Shown: positions 1 to 13,301 of the stretch, piece by piece
Layout: each line of letters starts with the position of its first letter
How positions within the stretch are numbered: position 1 is the first letter of the stretch
Made by a program: the position numbers and the translations under genes
The notes under the pieces: generated by a model
Told to the model about the DNA's origin: nothing
The model's input: only the letters and a program-made list of their open reading frames with translations
Database searches by the model: none
NCBI GenBank assembly: GCA_030141605.1
Contig: JAQGDQ010000107.1
Span: 494,265 to 558,264, forward strand
Source of the DNA: Tubiluchus corallicola
Taxonomy: Eukaryota; Animalia; Priapulida
DNA: 64,000 bases
Direction: 5' to 3'

Positions 1-2936
1 CACAAGTCATGATGACAGGTCACCACCTGGCGTGGAGGGAGTGAGGCTGGCGACCTGGTGCAAGCCCTCCCTCACTTTAATCCAAGTCACGCACAAGTCA
101 TGATGACAGGTCACCACCTAGCGTGCAGAGAGTGAGGCTGGCGACCTGGTGCAATCCCTCCCTCATTTTAAACCAAGTCACGCACAAGTCATGATGACAG
201 GTCACCACCTGGCGTGGAGAGAGTGAGGCTGCCGACCTGGTGTAATCCCTCCCTCACTTTAAACCAAGTCACGCACAAGTCATGATGACAGGTCACCACC
301 TGGCGTGGAGAGAGTGAGGCTGGCGACCTGGTGCAATCCCTCCCTCACTTTAAACCAAGTCACGCACAAGTCATGATGACAGGTCACCACCTGGCGTGGA
401 GAGAGTGAGGCTGGCGACCTGGTGCAAGCCCTTCCTCACTTTAAACCAAGTCACGCACAAGTCATGATGACAGGTCACCACCTGGCGTGGAGAGAGTGAG
501 GCTGGCGACCTGGTGCAATCCCTCCCTCACTTTAAACCAAGTCACGCACAAGTCATGATGACAGGTCACCACCTGGCGTGGAGAGAGTGAGGCTGGTGAC
601 CTGGTGCAATCCCTCCCTCATTTTAAACCAAGTCACGCACAAGTCATGATGACAGGTCACCACCTGGCGTGGAGAGAGTGAGGCTGCCGACCTGGTGTAA
701 TCCCTCCCTCACTTTAAACCAAGTCACGCACAAGTCATGATGACAGGTCACCACCTGGCGTGGAGAGAGTGAGGCTGGTGACCTGGTGCAATCCCTCCAC
801 TTTAAACCAAGTCACGCACAAGTCATGATGACAGGTCACCACCTGGCGTGGAGAGAGTGAGGCTGGCGACCTGGTGCAATCCCTCCCTCACTTTAAACCA
901 AGTCACGCACAAGTCATGATGACAGGTCACCACCTGGCGTGGAGAGAGTGAGGCTGGCGACCTGGTGCAATCCCTCCCTCACTTTAAACCAAGTCACGCA
1001 CAAGTCATGATGACAGGTCACCACCTGGCGTGGAGAGAGTGAGGCTGGCGACCTGGTGCAATCCCTCCCTCACTTTAAACCAAGTCACGCACAAGTCATG
1101 ATGACAGGTCACCACCTGGCGTGGAGAGAGTGAGGCTGGCGACCTGGTGCAATCCCTCCCTCACTTTAAACCAAGTCACGCACAAGTCATGATGACAGGT
1201 CACCACCTGGCGTGGAGAGAGTGAGGCTGGCGACCTGGTGCAATCCCTCCCTCACTTTAAACCAAGTCACGCACAAGTCATGATGACAGGTCACCACCTG
1301 GCGTGGAGAGAGTGAGGCTGGCGACCTGGTGCAATCCCTCCCTCAGTTTACACCAAGTCACGCACAAGTCATGATGACAGGTCACCACCTGGCGTGGAGA
1401 GAGTGAGGCTGGCGACCTGGTGCAATCCCTCCCTCACTTTAAACCAAGTCACGCACAAGTCATGATGACAGGTCACCACCTGGCGTGGAGAGAGTGAGGC
1501 TGGCGACCTGGTGCAATCCCTCCCTCACTTTAAACCAAGTCACGCACAAGTCATGATGACAGGTCACCACCTGGCGTGGAGAGAGTGAGGCTGGTGACCT
1601 GGTGCAATCCCTCCCTCACTTTAAACCAAGTCACGCACAAGTCATGATGACAGGTCACCACCTGGCGTGGAGAGAGTGAGGCTGGTGACCTGGTGCAATC
1701 CCTCCCTCACTTTAAACCAAGTCACGCACAAGTCATGATGACAGGTCACCACCTGGCGTGGAGAGAGTGAGGCTGGCGACCTGGTGCAATCCCTCCCTCA
1801 CTTTAAACCAAGTCACGCACAAGTCATGATGACAGGTCGCCACCTGGCGTGGAGAGAGTGAGGCCGGCGACCTGGTCCAATCCCCCCTCACTTTAAACCA
1901 AGTCACGCACAAGTCATGATGACAGATCACCACCTGGCGTGGAGAGAGTGAGGCTGGCGACCTGGTGCAATCCCTCCCTCACTTTAAACCAAAGTCACGC
2001 ACAAGTCATGATGACAGGTCACCACCTGGCGTGGAGAAAGTGAGGCTGGCGACCTTGTGCAATCCCTCCCTCACTTTAAACCAAGTCATGCACAAGTCAT
2101 GATGACAGGTCACCACCTGGCGTGGAGAAAGTGAGGCTGGTGACCTGGTGCAATCCCTCCCTCACTTTAAACCAAGTCACGCACAAGTCATGATGACAGG
2201 TCACCACCTGGCGTGGAGAGAGTGAGGCCGGCGACCTGGTGCAATCCCTCCCTCACTTTAAACCAAGTCACGCACAAGTCATGATGACAGGTCACCACCT
2301 GGCGTGGAGAGAGTGAGGCTGGCGACCTGGTGCAATCCCTCCCTCACTTTAAACCAAGTCACGCACAAGTCATGATGACAGGTCACCACCTGGCGTGGAG
2401 AGAGTGAGGCTGGCGACCTGGTGCAATCCCTCCCTCACTTTAAACCAAGTCACGCACAAGTCATGATGACAGGTCACCACCTGGCGTGGAGAGAGTGAGG
2501 CTGGCGACCTGGTGCAAGCCCTTCCTCACTTTAAACCAAGTCACGCACAAGTCATGATGACAGGTCACCACCTGGCGTGGAGAGAGTGAGGCTGGTGACC
2601 TGGTGCAATCCCTCCCTCACTTTAAACCAAGTCACGCACAAGTCATGATGACAGGTCACCACCTGGCGTGGAGAGAGTGAGGCTGGCGACCTGGTGCAAT
2701 CCCTCCCTCACTTTAAACCAAGTCACGCACAAGTCATGATGACAGGTCACCACCTGGCGTGGAGAGAGTGAGGCTGGCGACCTGGTGCAATCCCTCCCTC
2801 ACTTTAAACCAAGTCACGCACAAGTCATGATGACAGGTCACCACCTGGCGTGGAGAGAGTGAGGCTGGCGACCTGGTGCAAGCCCTCCCTCACTTTAATC
2901 CAAGTCACGCACAAGTCATGATGACAGGTCACCACC
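1..2936. repeat. 91-bp tandem satellite, about 32 near-identical copies, running off the left edge
   Basis: Unit CACAAGTCATGATGACAGGTCACCACCTGGCGTGGAGAGAGTGAGGCTGGCGACCTGGTGCAATCCCTCCCTCACTTTAAACCAAGTCACG recurs at 1, 92, 183, 274 and onward. Confidence 0.98.
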
Positions 2937-2989
2937 AAAAATTCAAAGTCCCGTGGCGATGGGGGAGTGGCGAACCAGCAAGTGCGGAT

Positions 2990-3146
2990 TACACTCAAGC
3001 TGCAATCACAAACCTACACACAGGCGGCTCAGGGCATTGGCCTAGTCAGTCACCTTCGAGCTCATCAAAGGAATGACAACCCCCGAACTGACCCTTTATC
3101 CCTGTCACTATGGTCATCTTCGATTCGAAGGACGAACATCATCAAT
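2990..3146 (+). mobile_element. 3' end remnant of an RTE-clade LINE
   Basis: GIGLVSHLRAHQR resembles the RTE C-terminal RIGLxSHLRxH motif; it is followed by an RTE-like 3' UTR GGTCATCTTCGATTCGAAGGACGAACATCATC. Confidence 0.6.
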
Positions 3147-3332
3147 AGTAGGGATAATGATAGCAATGGATCTTCAGGTTTAACGTTTTTTTATTTTTTA
3201 GAAATTTCGAAATGTTGTTTAAGCACTAGCATCACATCACAGCTCTAGTAATTGTCTGCCTGTCAGATCATCATGTTATTAAACAGTTTATGGTTGTGGA
3301 TTTGAACTAAAGAGTATACATGTATATATGAA

Positions 3333-3825
3333 TTGAACCCCGGTCTCGAAACTCCTCGTTTTGAATCGACAATATTTGAGCATCATCGGATAAGCTTCAC
3401 AAGAATGCGTCTTCAGTCACATAGGCTGCGGACAGAAACGGGTAGATGGGCGAGACAGCCAAGGGAAAATAGGTTATGTCCTTGTGGGAACATTCAAACT
3501 GAGAAACACGTTATACAGACACGCCCCCTAACATCAAATATTAGAAACCGCTACGACAATGTAAACTTTGCTGATTTAACTCACTTCTTTGAGCACGCTA
3601 ATTGTTATATAATATCTTATGAAATTTTGCAACTTTTATGCTGATGTACCTTGTATGCATAACACTGTTTTTAATACTATAACCTTGAGTAGGAAATGTA
3701 CGTAAAGTGACAATCTGGACTAAAATCACTAATGTATCGATTGTGGCATTTACCTCGTTCCTCGTGTATACATGTAACTTGTTTTAGTCAATAAACTACA
3801 CACATACATACATACATATATTTAG
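3333..3825 (+). mobile_element. 3' end of a non-LTR retrotransposon (C-terminal CCHC domain, RTE-X/CR1-like)
   Basis: TRMRLQSHRLRTETGRW...RENRLCPCGNIQTEKHVI matches the SHxLxIExGRW...RxCxxC...ExH motif; AATAAA near 3790, then a (CA)/(CATA)n tail. Confidence 0.7.
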
Positions 3826-4606
3826 ATTGCGACAGAGCTACAAAATTCCGATTTGTAAACAATTATTCTAATTTAAGAAATTTCGGAAGGCGATTGATCA
3901 TACCAGTGAAAATGAGTACTTATCAAGGAACTGAGCTAACAAACATTTTTTTCAAAGGAAAAAGCCTCTTGCGTAAAAACTATGGTGACTTGCCTTTGTA
4001 TTTGGAACAGTAGAATTTGACTGACTCTGACAATCATACTTTGGCTGATAACAGCTTCCTGCAATGCTGTTGGTTAAGCCCAGAAATTCGGCAAAGCATG
4101 GTTACTGCTGATGACCGTTTGCCTTAAAGCATGTATTAAATTAACTAATGAATGAATTAATTAATGACAGCGATTTAAGCTTGCTCATTAGTGTGACTGT
4201 TTTGGGTTTTTGCTGATCCCGCTGATAAATCCTGTCGGCTCACAGGTTGTCATCTTGCTTATAATACTCGATGATTTAAGACGTGTTTCGTCACTTAATT
4301 ACTTGCTGAAATATTTCTCGGTTTTCTGAAAGCCGCACAACAAATTTTCCCTTGTCAGCCAAGCTGCAATGCATTACAAAAATAGAAACGCTTTGATTAA
4401 ATACCGTCTTATTTCGCAAAATCTCGTTTGCCAGGGACTATAATGATTTAGACGCGAGAATTTATAAATGAATATCTCTTTTTGCACGACTGGGTAAAGC
4501 TATTAATTTTTAGCACACGGATGCATTTGACTGTGAAAACAGAGATAAAAATAAAGTAATACAGGGATATGAAAGACAAGGGCTGAGTGGTAAAAAGTAT
4601 AGAGGA

Positions 4607-5056
<450 letters not shown>

Positions 5057-5395
5057 TGCACAGAGAGTTGATTTTGAATATTGACTTATCCACAAATGTC
5101 CGTGAAAACTTCACCATTGAATAGTTTTCTACTATTTGACTGGCATGATAGAAACCAGGCTGAACTACATTATTTTCTATTTTGATGATGTAATGAATGT
5201 TTTCACACACTGAAAGGAACTTACCGTTAATTTTCATCGTCGTTAAATTAACGTAGAATTACGTATAAACACATTATAAAGCCTAATTATTCTATGGCGT
5301 CAATACACAAGGGTTCCAAAAACTCACTACTGTAGTCGCATCTTCATACAGTCATTATTTTACGATGCTATGAAAACAAAACAAAAAAACAAAAG

Positions 5396-5674
5396 CTGTG
5401 TTTGAATGTGGCCTTGGCAGCTAAATATCGCTGTGTTTAAGGCCTTGGTAGCTAAATATCGCTGTGTTTAAGGCCTTGGCAGCTAAATATCGCTGTGTTT
5501 AAGGCCTTGGCAGCTAAATATCGCTGTGTTAAGGCCTTGGTAGCTAAATATCGCTGTGTTTAAGGCCTTGGCAGCTAAATATCGCTGTGTTTAAGGCCTT
5601 GGCAGCTAAATATCGCTGTGTTTAAGGCCTTGGTAGCTAAATATCGCTGTGTTTAAGGCCTTGGCAGCTAAATA
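5396..5674. repeat. 31-bp minisatellite, about 9 copies
   Basis: Unit AGCTAAATATCGCTGTGTTTAAGGCCTTGG(C/T). Confidence 0.95.
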
Positions 5675-6821
5675 TGGCAATTAAAATTATAACATTTTGA
5701 GGGATATATACTCTAAGCGTCACATGTGCTGTAAACAATACATCTACTCTAACGACTAATATATAGTTTTCATTCGAAAAGAGTGGATATTCGCTAATTA
5801 TACCATAAAGTATATTATACACTGTGGAATTTTTCGTTGTATGAAATTTATGCAGACTGGCTTCCAGCACAAGGTCATGAAAGATGGTTACTATCAAGGC
5901 GAAAATTTAATAGCAATTTATTCATTCTCGCTGGGATTCTGCTGGAATAAAAACCCGTAAATCTTTTCGCGAAAAATAATCCACTTTGACGTACAGAGAA
6001 TGAAGAATGAATTTACTGTGTCAGATGGTAATGAGTTTTACGACTGGCTTGTATTGTTCCTTGAGAATTTCAGTTTAGAGTATTCAGTTTCCATGGCTAT
6101 GATGTCCAATCAAGGGCGCGTAATTAAATTTACATCGCGATAAAATTGCTGCGAAAATTATTTTCTAACAGCCATAAGGCTTCGGAAAAATGGCGTACCA
6201 AAACGGCAGAGAAAACGGCAAAGAAAACGACAAGGGAACGGCATGTTCTACAGTTCAGTGATCCTCAGCAAGCCGAACTAAAAAATATTGATTACACAAA
6301 TGCTGAAGAAAATGGAAAATTTCTGAAAATTATGAACAACGACATGACCATCTGGACAAAATTCGAAACACACAAACGGCTGAAAACAAGAAACCCTTCA
6401 ATCCTTTAAAAATGTGCAGTGTGATCAAGAAAATACACACTGTGTGACCTCTGCCTTATAAATTTACCTACAACATAATGCAGAAGACGTCAGTCGCATA
6501 CTTTTTGTACTTTGGCAGATGAATAGGATGTCACCTGATGCATCATCTGTTGATTGCATGCATTTCGCCTGCTTGTGAGTGCTTCCATAAGTGCTTGCAA
6601 GAGTACATGCAACCTCGCTTTGGGACCTAAAATAGTGTAAAAGCAAAAGTTTGGTAGGCTCGCTAATGAAGAAAAGGCACTTTTGTGGCCAACAAAAGAT
6701 TATATTGATGCAACGTTTTCGCAGTAATAAGCAATTCAACTGTGACATGTCTGCAATCGCAGTAGTATTATTGTGATGTCTCTACTGCATGCAATTTTGT
6801 TACTTTTAAATCTGTTTACAG

Positions 6822-6984
6822 GTATGGTGACATGGTACCAGACACTATAGTGGGAAAGATAGTTGGTGGAGTATGCTCACTAAGTGGTGTTCTTGTGATA
6901 GCGCTACCTGTGCCAGTAATTGTATCCAATTTTTCAAGAATATATCATCAGAATCAACGTTCTGACAAAAGAAAAGCTCAGCGA
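6822..6984 (+). CDS. Shal: Shal/Kv4 voltage-gated K+ channel, pore-end/S6 exon
   Basis: tttacag|G TAT GGT GAC ATG gives (G)[54 protein letters not shown]|gtgagt, a Kv4-diagnostic sequence. Confidence 0.97.
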
Positions 6985-7059
6985 GTGAGTATTAAAAACT
7001 TTTTGTACACCTTGCTTACTTAATTGCTTCCTTGTTGTTCCTACGTAGTTTCTTACATA

Positions 7060-7207
7060 CTCACTCACTCACTCACTCACTCACTCACTCACTCACTCAC
7101 TCACTCACTCACTCACTCACTCACTCACTCACTCACTCACTCACTCACTCACTCACTCACTCACTCACTCACTCACTCACTCACTCACTCACTCACTCAC
7201 TCACTCA
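7060..7207. repeat. (CTCA)n microsatellite grading into (CTTG/CTTA)n
   Basis: Direct reading. Confidence 0.97.
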
Positions 7208-7553
7208 CGCATTCACTTACTCACTCGTTAACTCGGTCACTCGCTCGCTTGCTTGCTTACTTACTTGCTTACTTACTTGCTGACTGACTTACCTACATTT
7301 TCTTTTTTGCTTTACTCCCGCACGTGCCACTTCCGCCACCATTTATAGAGCCACTACCGATTATACAATCGCTGTCACTAAATAATTCCAAAATTACTAT
7401 TGCACCTCACTGCCACCACTTTATCGGAACAATCAGCACAATATTTTCATCATCACTCCTCACCTTCATGTTTTCTGTAGTTACTGTCATCGTCATTATC
7501 CACCGCCATCAGCAAAGTCACCAACAACTCTACAAACAACAGAGGGTTATACT

Positions 7554-8054
7554 CAGGCTGCATAAGATTATGGATATCCATAAAACAAGACCAAAAATCC
7601 ATAAAATAAAATTTGAAAAATTCATAAAATAAGAAATGCATAAAATAAAAAAATATTTTTTTGTGATTTTTTGTACAAAGTAACGAGTTGCAAGCATTGG
7701 CAACACTGAAAACGAACGTTAGAAGGAGAGAAAGAGAAAGAAAACAAACCAACAAAAGCGCATTTCCGGATTTGCTATTTTACATTGTTTTTTTCTCATT
7801 GTCTTTTTGTTATCAAGATGGCGAAGTTTCAATCAAAGCATGAGCTGGAGTTCGGTCTGAAAATAAGTCCTGCGTGTTTAAAAACACGTTTCAAGCACTC
7901 CTGTTTTTACTTTTTAATTGATTTCCCCCTGGGCATCTCGTTCCAGATATAGTCTATTTCTTATTTTATTGATATCCATAAAATAAAGTTTCAAAAATCC
8001 ATAAAATAAGCTACTTTATTTATTTTATACATATCCATAATCTTATGCACCCTG
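7554..8054. mobile_element. Non-autonomous hAT-type DNA transposon (MITE) in a Shal intron
   Basis: TIRs CAGGCTGCATAAGATTATGGATAT / ATATCCATAATCTTATGCACCCTG; perfect 8-bp TSD GTTATACT at 7546-7553 and 8055-8062; subterminal CCATAAAATAA repeats. Confidence 0.9.
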
Positions 8055-8150
8055 GTTATACTAGAACTTCATCAACACGCAGTGCCATTGGTCACATTAC
8101 ATCGCACGTTGTTACTGAATACAAACGTATATGTCTAATTGTTTTAACAG

Positions 8151-8333
8151 AAAGCCAGACAAGCCAGAATTAAAATGGCTAAAAGTCGGAAAGGCGCCGC
8201 CTTCGTGTCCAGAAAGAAGTCGGTAGAGAGGCGAATACAGGCCCGAAAGGATGGCATAGATACAGAGGAGACGAAGGAGGACAACTTTGAACTACAGCAC
8301 CATCATCTACTACATTGCTTGGAAAAAACAACG
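8151..8333 (+). CDS. Shal: Shal/Kv4 proximal C-terminal exon
   Basis: ttaacag|KARQARIKMAKSRKGAAFVSRKK...FELQHHHLLHCLEKTT|gtgagc; phase 0 joins the previous exon; Kv4 QHHHLLHCLEKTT motif. Confidence 0.95.
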
Positions 8334-8502
8334 GTGAGCCATTATCTACCCATTCAAGCCGATCGGCACTTTAAACATTGTATTAGTTCCCGAACTCCAT
8401 AGAAAGATTGCCATTCGAATAATTTACTAAACTAACTACGTTACTTGTCTCGCTTATCTTGTCTTGTGCGTTTGACATTCTCGAAATTTATATAATACTC
8501 TT

Positions 8503-8505
8503 ACA

Positions 8506-8576
<71 letters not shown>

Positions 8577-8595
8577 GCACGCACGCACACACACA

Positions 8596-8633
<38 letters not shown>

Positions 8634-8790
8634 CCCTTTCTCTTTCTCTCTCTCTCTCTCTCTTTCGTTCTCTTTTTCTCTCTCGCGCTCATACACACAC
8701 ACTCCTTCGCTGTGTCACTCTTGCACTCTTGTTTTTTCCTTCTTTTTCCCTATTCTCTCTCTCACTTACTAATTACTTTCGATTTAAATG

Positions 8791-8825
<35 letters not shown>

Positions 8826-8860
8826 GCACGCACGCACGCACGCACGCCACACACACACAT
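8503..8860. repeat. Compound (CA)n/(CACG)n/(CT)n microsatellites
   Basis: Direct reading. Confidence 0.95.
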
Positions 8861-8968
8861 ATGTATACTTGGAAATATTGTTAAAAAACACCTCTGGTGT
8901 GCAGATCTATAAGATGCGTGTCCACAATATGGTAACAAAAAGATTAGAGAAAAACGCGCATTTAGTTT

Positions 8969-9058
8969 AGATGTTTAGCTTTCGTATTTCTCAACAATAT
9001 TTCCCTCAGTCAACTCCTTTGTTCTGATGAGGAAACCAAGTATCCAAAGCTAAACATC
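8969..9058 (+). ncRNA. Degenerate minimal type-I hammerhead ribozyme motif (Penelope-like remnant) with an upstream inverted partial copy
   Basis: TGTT-CTGATGA-GGA...TCC-AAAG-CTA-AACA at 9020-9056 (G of GAAA missing); 8969-8984 is the reverse complement of CGAAAGCTAAACATCT. Confidence 0.5.
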
Positions 9059-9360
9059 TTGTAATGTTAAAATATAACTGCTGTGTGTGCAATATTCAAC
9101 TTTAGTTTCAAACAAAACATCAGATTTAATAAACTACTCTAAATATAGTATATATATGCATACTATATTTTTGTAGTATATTTATATATAATTGTACTCG
9201 CTGTTTTTCATTGTGTATAATGTGTGTAAATTTTTGTTATTAAGTATTCAAATATGTTCGTTATCGTTTATTATGTATGTATGTAGTGTTGGATTATAAT
9301 CTGTAACTATGTCTATTGTATATGATCGTTGTCGTTCAATGTGTCTCATGCGTTGGATTC

Positions 9361-9397
<37 letters not shown>

Positions 9398-9498
9398 AAT
9401 AGGTTTAATACGTTGTAAATGCTTTTAGAAATTTTAAACATATCCCTACAAATAGAGGGAATGTATTCTGTACATAGTTTTTAAAAATAAGGAATTAC

Positions 9499-9565
<67 letters not shown>

Positions 9566-10449
9566 TACTGTGGTATATATTACCACAGTATATTATTATA
9601 TATATATATACATACTATATTTCGAGTAGGTTATTAAATCCGATGTTTTGTTTGAAAGTAAAGTATTCTTGAATTCTGGCTGCACCACTCCGCTTATAAA
9701 CGTAATGAATAAACAAGCTGACAAAACATATGTCACAAAAGCAATTCAAAAAGGCTTCTTAAGAATTTATTATATTTTTATCTATATTGGCCCGTACGGT
9801 TTGCGGCGTTTTGCTCTGCATGGGTCTCCCAGCCCACATCTGTATGCAAACCATGTTTAATGCTTCCAAATTGTGAACTTATGATGTAGGTTAGATAAAA
9901 AAATAAAAAGTTATCCATGTATTTAACCACAGTGTAACATCATTGGTACTAAAAAATTCATGTTGGTTAAAAGCATAGAATAGATTTATTCTTTATGCAT
10001 GGTTGTCTTGCTTGTTATAAAAATTGCATCTTCGTGAAAACGCTTCTAATAATTGTCATCACGGTAATAATTCTTCTTCGATGAAGTCATATCATAATAA
10101 TCGTCGGCATTTACTCGACAATTTCAGCAAAATTTATATTAATTTGTCATTTCCAAGGTGGAAATGTTAGAATAACCTCATTAGAAGTTGTTAGGCAGAT
10201 TAGACATGTCACAGATTCTCGGAAATTAAACTGGTGGCTTTTCATTAAAAATAAGAAATTGACTACTATAAAACGCGATAATTAATGATTAAGTTTCATA
10301 TTTAATGACTTTTTTGCAAGTTCATAATCAACCTAACGAAATTTTAGTGGATGAAAACTGTGCCTTGAACAGAATGTGAACAACTTTGCGTAGGCACTCA
10401 CTCATTTGATGTTCTTCTCTTTCTGGTCAGTCGTATCTGGCCTATATTT

Positions 10450-11500
10450 ACTTGATGGACCTTGGTTTATGTTCCGATTTTAGATTGGAGAAATATCTTA
10501 CGGAAGAAGTTCAGAAGTGGAATGTATCATGTTCGTAAGTAACAAACTTCTGATGCTATACCTTTGTAAATCGACCGTTCGACCTTGCATGGAATATTGC
10601 AGTTACATCTGGGCTGCTACCTCTGCTTATTACCTTAACACACAGTTTTGACAGATAGTAAAATTGTATTTCAGTCTGGCTGGATCTGATTTTGGGTTCA
10701 AAGCTGTTCAGTCTTTTAGTTATTAAAGATCGGCTGCTGTGTCAAGTCTTTTTTACCGCTACGTCTATGTAAGATGCTCTCAGCTTTCGTCACTCCTCTG
10801 GCTGGATCTGATTTTGGGTGGAAAGCTGTTCAGTCTTTTAGTTATTAAAGATCGGCTGCTGTGTCAAGTCTTTTTTACCGCTACGTCTATGTAAGATGCT
10901 CTCAGCTTTCGTCACTCCTCTGGCTGGATCTGATTTTGGGTGGAAAGCTGTTCAGTCTTTTAGTTATTAAAGATCGGCTGCTGTGTCAAGTCTTTTTTAC
11001 CGCTACGTCTATGTAAGATGCTCTCACCTTTCGTCACTCCTCTGGCTGGATCTGATTTTGGGTTCAAAGCTGTTCAGTCTTTTACTTATTAAAGATCGAC
11101 TGCTGCGTCAAGTTTTTTTTACCGCTACGTCTATGTAAGATGCTCTCAGCTATCTTCACTCCTCACTCGTCCCTAGATGTCTTGTCGACAGTTTGTTCGT
11201 AGAACTTGTTTTTCTGCTGTTTCTCATATGGATTAGCGTGGTCCCTCCCCTACCTAGGATCTTACCATAGATGTAGGAAAACTTTGAACAACCTGTTTAT
11301 AAATTCAGTTTTTTCTCACTGGCTTCTTATCTATGGAACCTCTCTCGATTCAAGCAGAAATAAGAAATCTACAGATATCTCCTATAACCAGCAATTACTT
11401 ATACGAGTTCAGTCTCTCTGAACATATATATATATTCATACTATTACCTTTCTGCTGCAGACTCTTACCCCGAGTAGCCATTGGTCTTGCTTGGAAACTT
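10450..11500 (+). mobile_element. Degraded CR1/Jockey-group LINE 3' region containing four 122-bp tandem copies (10676-11160); boundaries approximate
   Basis: LYLCKSTVRPCMEYCSYIWA near 10557 matches the LYKSxIRPxMEYCxxVW motif downstream of LINE RT; CTGGCTGGATCTG recurs at 10676, 10798, 10920, 11042. Confidence 0.65.
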
Positions 11501-11896
11501 TCTATAAAAAGGGCTAAAATTCCAAAGTTTCGGCGCTTGGAGTTTTTGAGTATTGACCCATGAGCTGAAGCCACTCACTTAATACCATAATCTATCGTCT
11601 GATTGTCATGTCTCGCCTGTCTGGTATTATAACCAAATAAGTTTTAACCCAACGTGTTAAAGTCTTCGAGTGGGACGCCTCTTTAAGCTAAAGATTAAAG
11701 CAAAAACTAATTTAAGCTTTTTTCCGATTCTGGCTCATTGCTACATTTAATTAAGTAATTAAGAAAAAAACATAAAATGTCGCAAGTTACCTGTCCGCTC
11801 AGTACACAAAAGCTCGAGTTTTCTCGCATTATATTCATATTAGGATATGGTGTATTATAAGACTTATCATAGCTAAACTTTCCTGGAATCAATGGA

Positions 11897-12205
11897 CGTT
11901 GCTCAAAACAATGGTAACAATAACAATGGTGATGAAATGTTGCTCAAAACAATGGCAACTATAACAATGGTGATGAAATGTTGCTCAAAACAATGGTAAC
12001 TATAACAATGGTGATGAATTGTTGCTCAAAACAATGGTAACTATAACAATGGTGATGTAATGTTGCTCATAACAATGGTAACTATAACAATGGTGATGTA
12101 ATGTTGCTCAAAACAATTGTAACTATAACAATGGTGATGAAATGTTGCTCAAAACAATGGTAACTATAACAATGGTGATGAAATGTTGCTCAAAACAAAT
12201 GGTAA
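11897..12205. repeat. 41-42-bp minisatellite, about 7 copies
   Basis: Unit TGTTGCTCAAAACAATGGTAACTATAACAATGGTGATGAAA. Confidence 0.93.
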
Positions 12206-12388
12206 TGCACAATCATGCAGGAAATCTATAAAATCAGAAGGATAACTATTACTGATACATCTGTGCTTTGTACGAGATAATTTCTATACAATATCCTGTT
12301 TTAAGATTATTAATTTTAGCTTAAACGACTTTTGCCTATTACTTTTGATGGTACAGTTAATTATAATAGTTTTACTTTTGTTTATCAG

Positions 12389-12556
12389 AATCGAGAGCAC
12401 ATCGAGCACCACGAAATAGGTGTATTAGGTGCGGGTTTACATCACAACCAGGTGAAGTCTGAAACATGTCCACCATTGTTGAGGACCTCTAGCGGCGGTC
12501 TGGACAACCACGAAGACAGTTGGACTCGTACAACCCTTTTACCAAACAAACACTCA
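12389..12556 (+). CDS. Shal: Shal/Kv4 C-terminal exon
   Basis: tttatcag|NREHIEHHEIG...LLPNKHS|gtaaga; phase 0; continues CLEKTT-NREH as in Kv4 CLEKTT-NHEF. Confidence 0.8.
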
Positions 12557-12646
12557 GTAAGATTAGCTGTTAAGTGTGTTACATTACTTACATATACTAT
12601 CATAACGATCTTGGCAGTGATGATGGGAACGACGATAAGACTACAA

Positions 12647-12665
12647 TGATGATGATGATGATGAC

Positions 12666-12739
<74 letters not shown>

Positions 12740-13203
12740 GATGATGATGATGATGATGATGATGATAATGATGATGATGATGATGATGATGAGATGATGA
12801 TGATGATGATAACGATGATAATAACGATGATGATGATGATAATAACGATGATGATGATAACGATGATAATAACGATGATGATGATGATGATGACGATGAT
12901 GATGATGATAACGATGATAATAACGATGATGATGATGATGATGATAACGATGATAATAACGATGATGATGATGATGATAACGATGATAATAACGATGATG
13001 ATGATGATGATGATGATGATAACGATGATAATAACGATGATGATGATGATGATTATGATAACGATGATAATAACGATGATGATGATGATGATGATGATGG
13101 TGATGACGATGATGATGATGATAACGATGATAATAACGATGATGATGATGATAAAGATGATAATAACGATGATGATGATGATGATGATAACGATGATAAT
13201 AAC

Positions 13204-13274
<71 letters not shown>

Positions 13275-13301
13275 CGACGATGATGATGATGATGATGATA
13301 A
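12647..13301. repeat. (GAT)n microsatellite with a higher-order GATAACGATGATAATAAC motif
   Basis: Direct reading; source of the poly-I/M/S ORFs. Confidence 0.97.

Noticed and set aside
1-2936. Satellite as a CRISPR array or hammerhead array
   Set aside because: Units are contiguous with no unique spacers and no cas genes. ATGATGA plus a hairpin is present, but the CUGAUGA C and the following GAAA are absent.
12557-12649. Hydrophobic read-through after the Shal exon as an alternative C-terminus
   Set aside because: A good GTAAGA donor at 12557 and a Kv4-like terminal exon downstream explain the gene; nothing supports intron retention.
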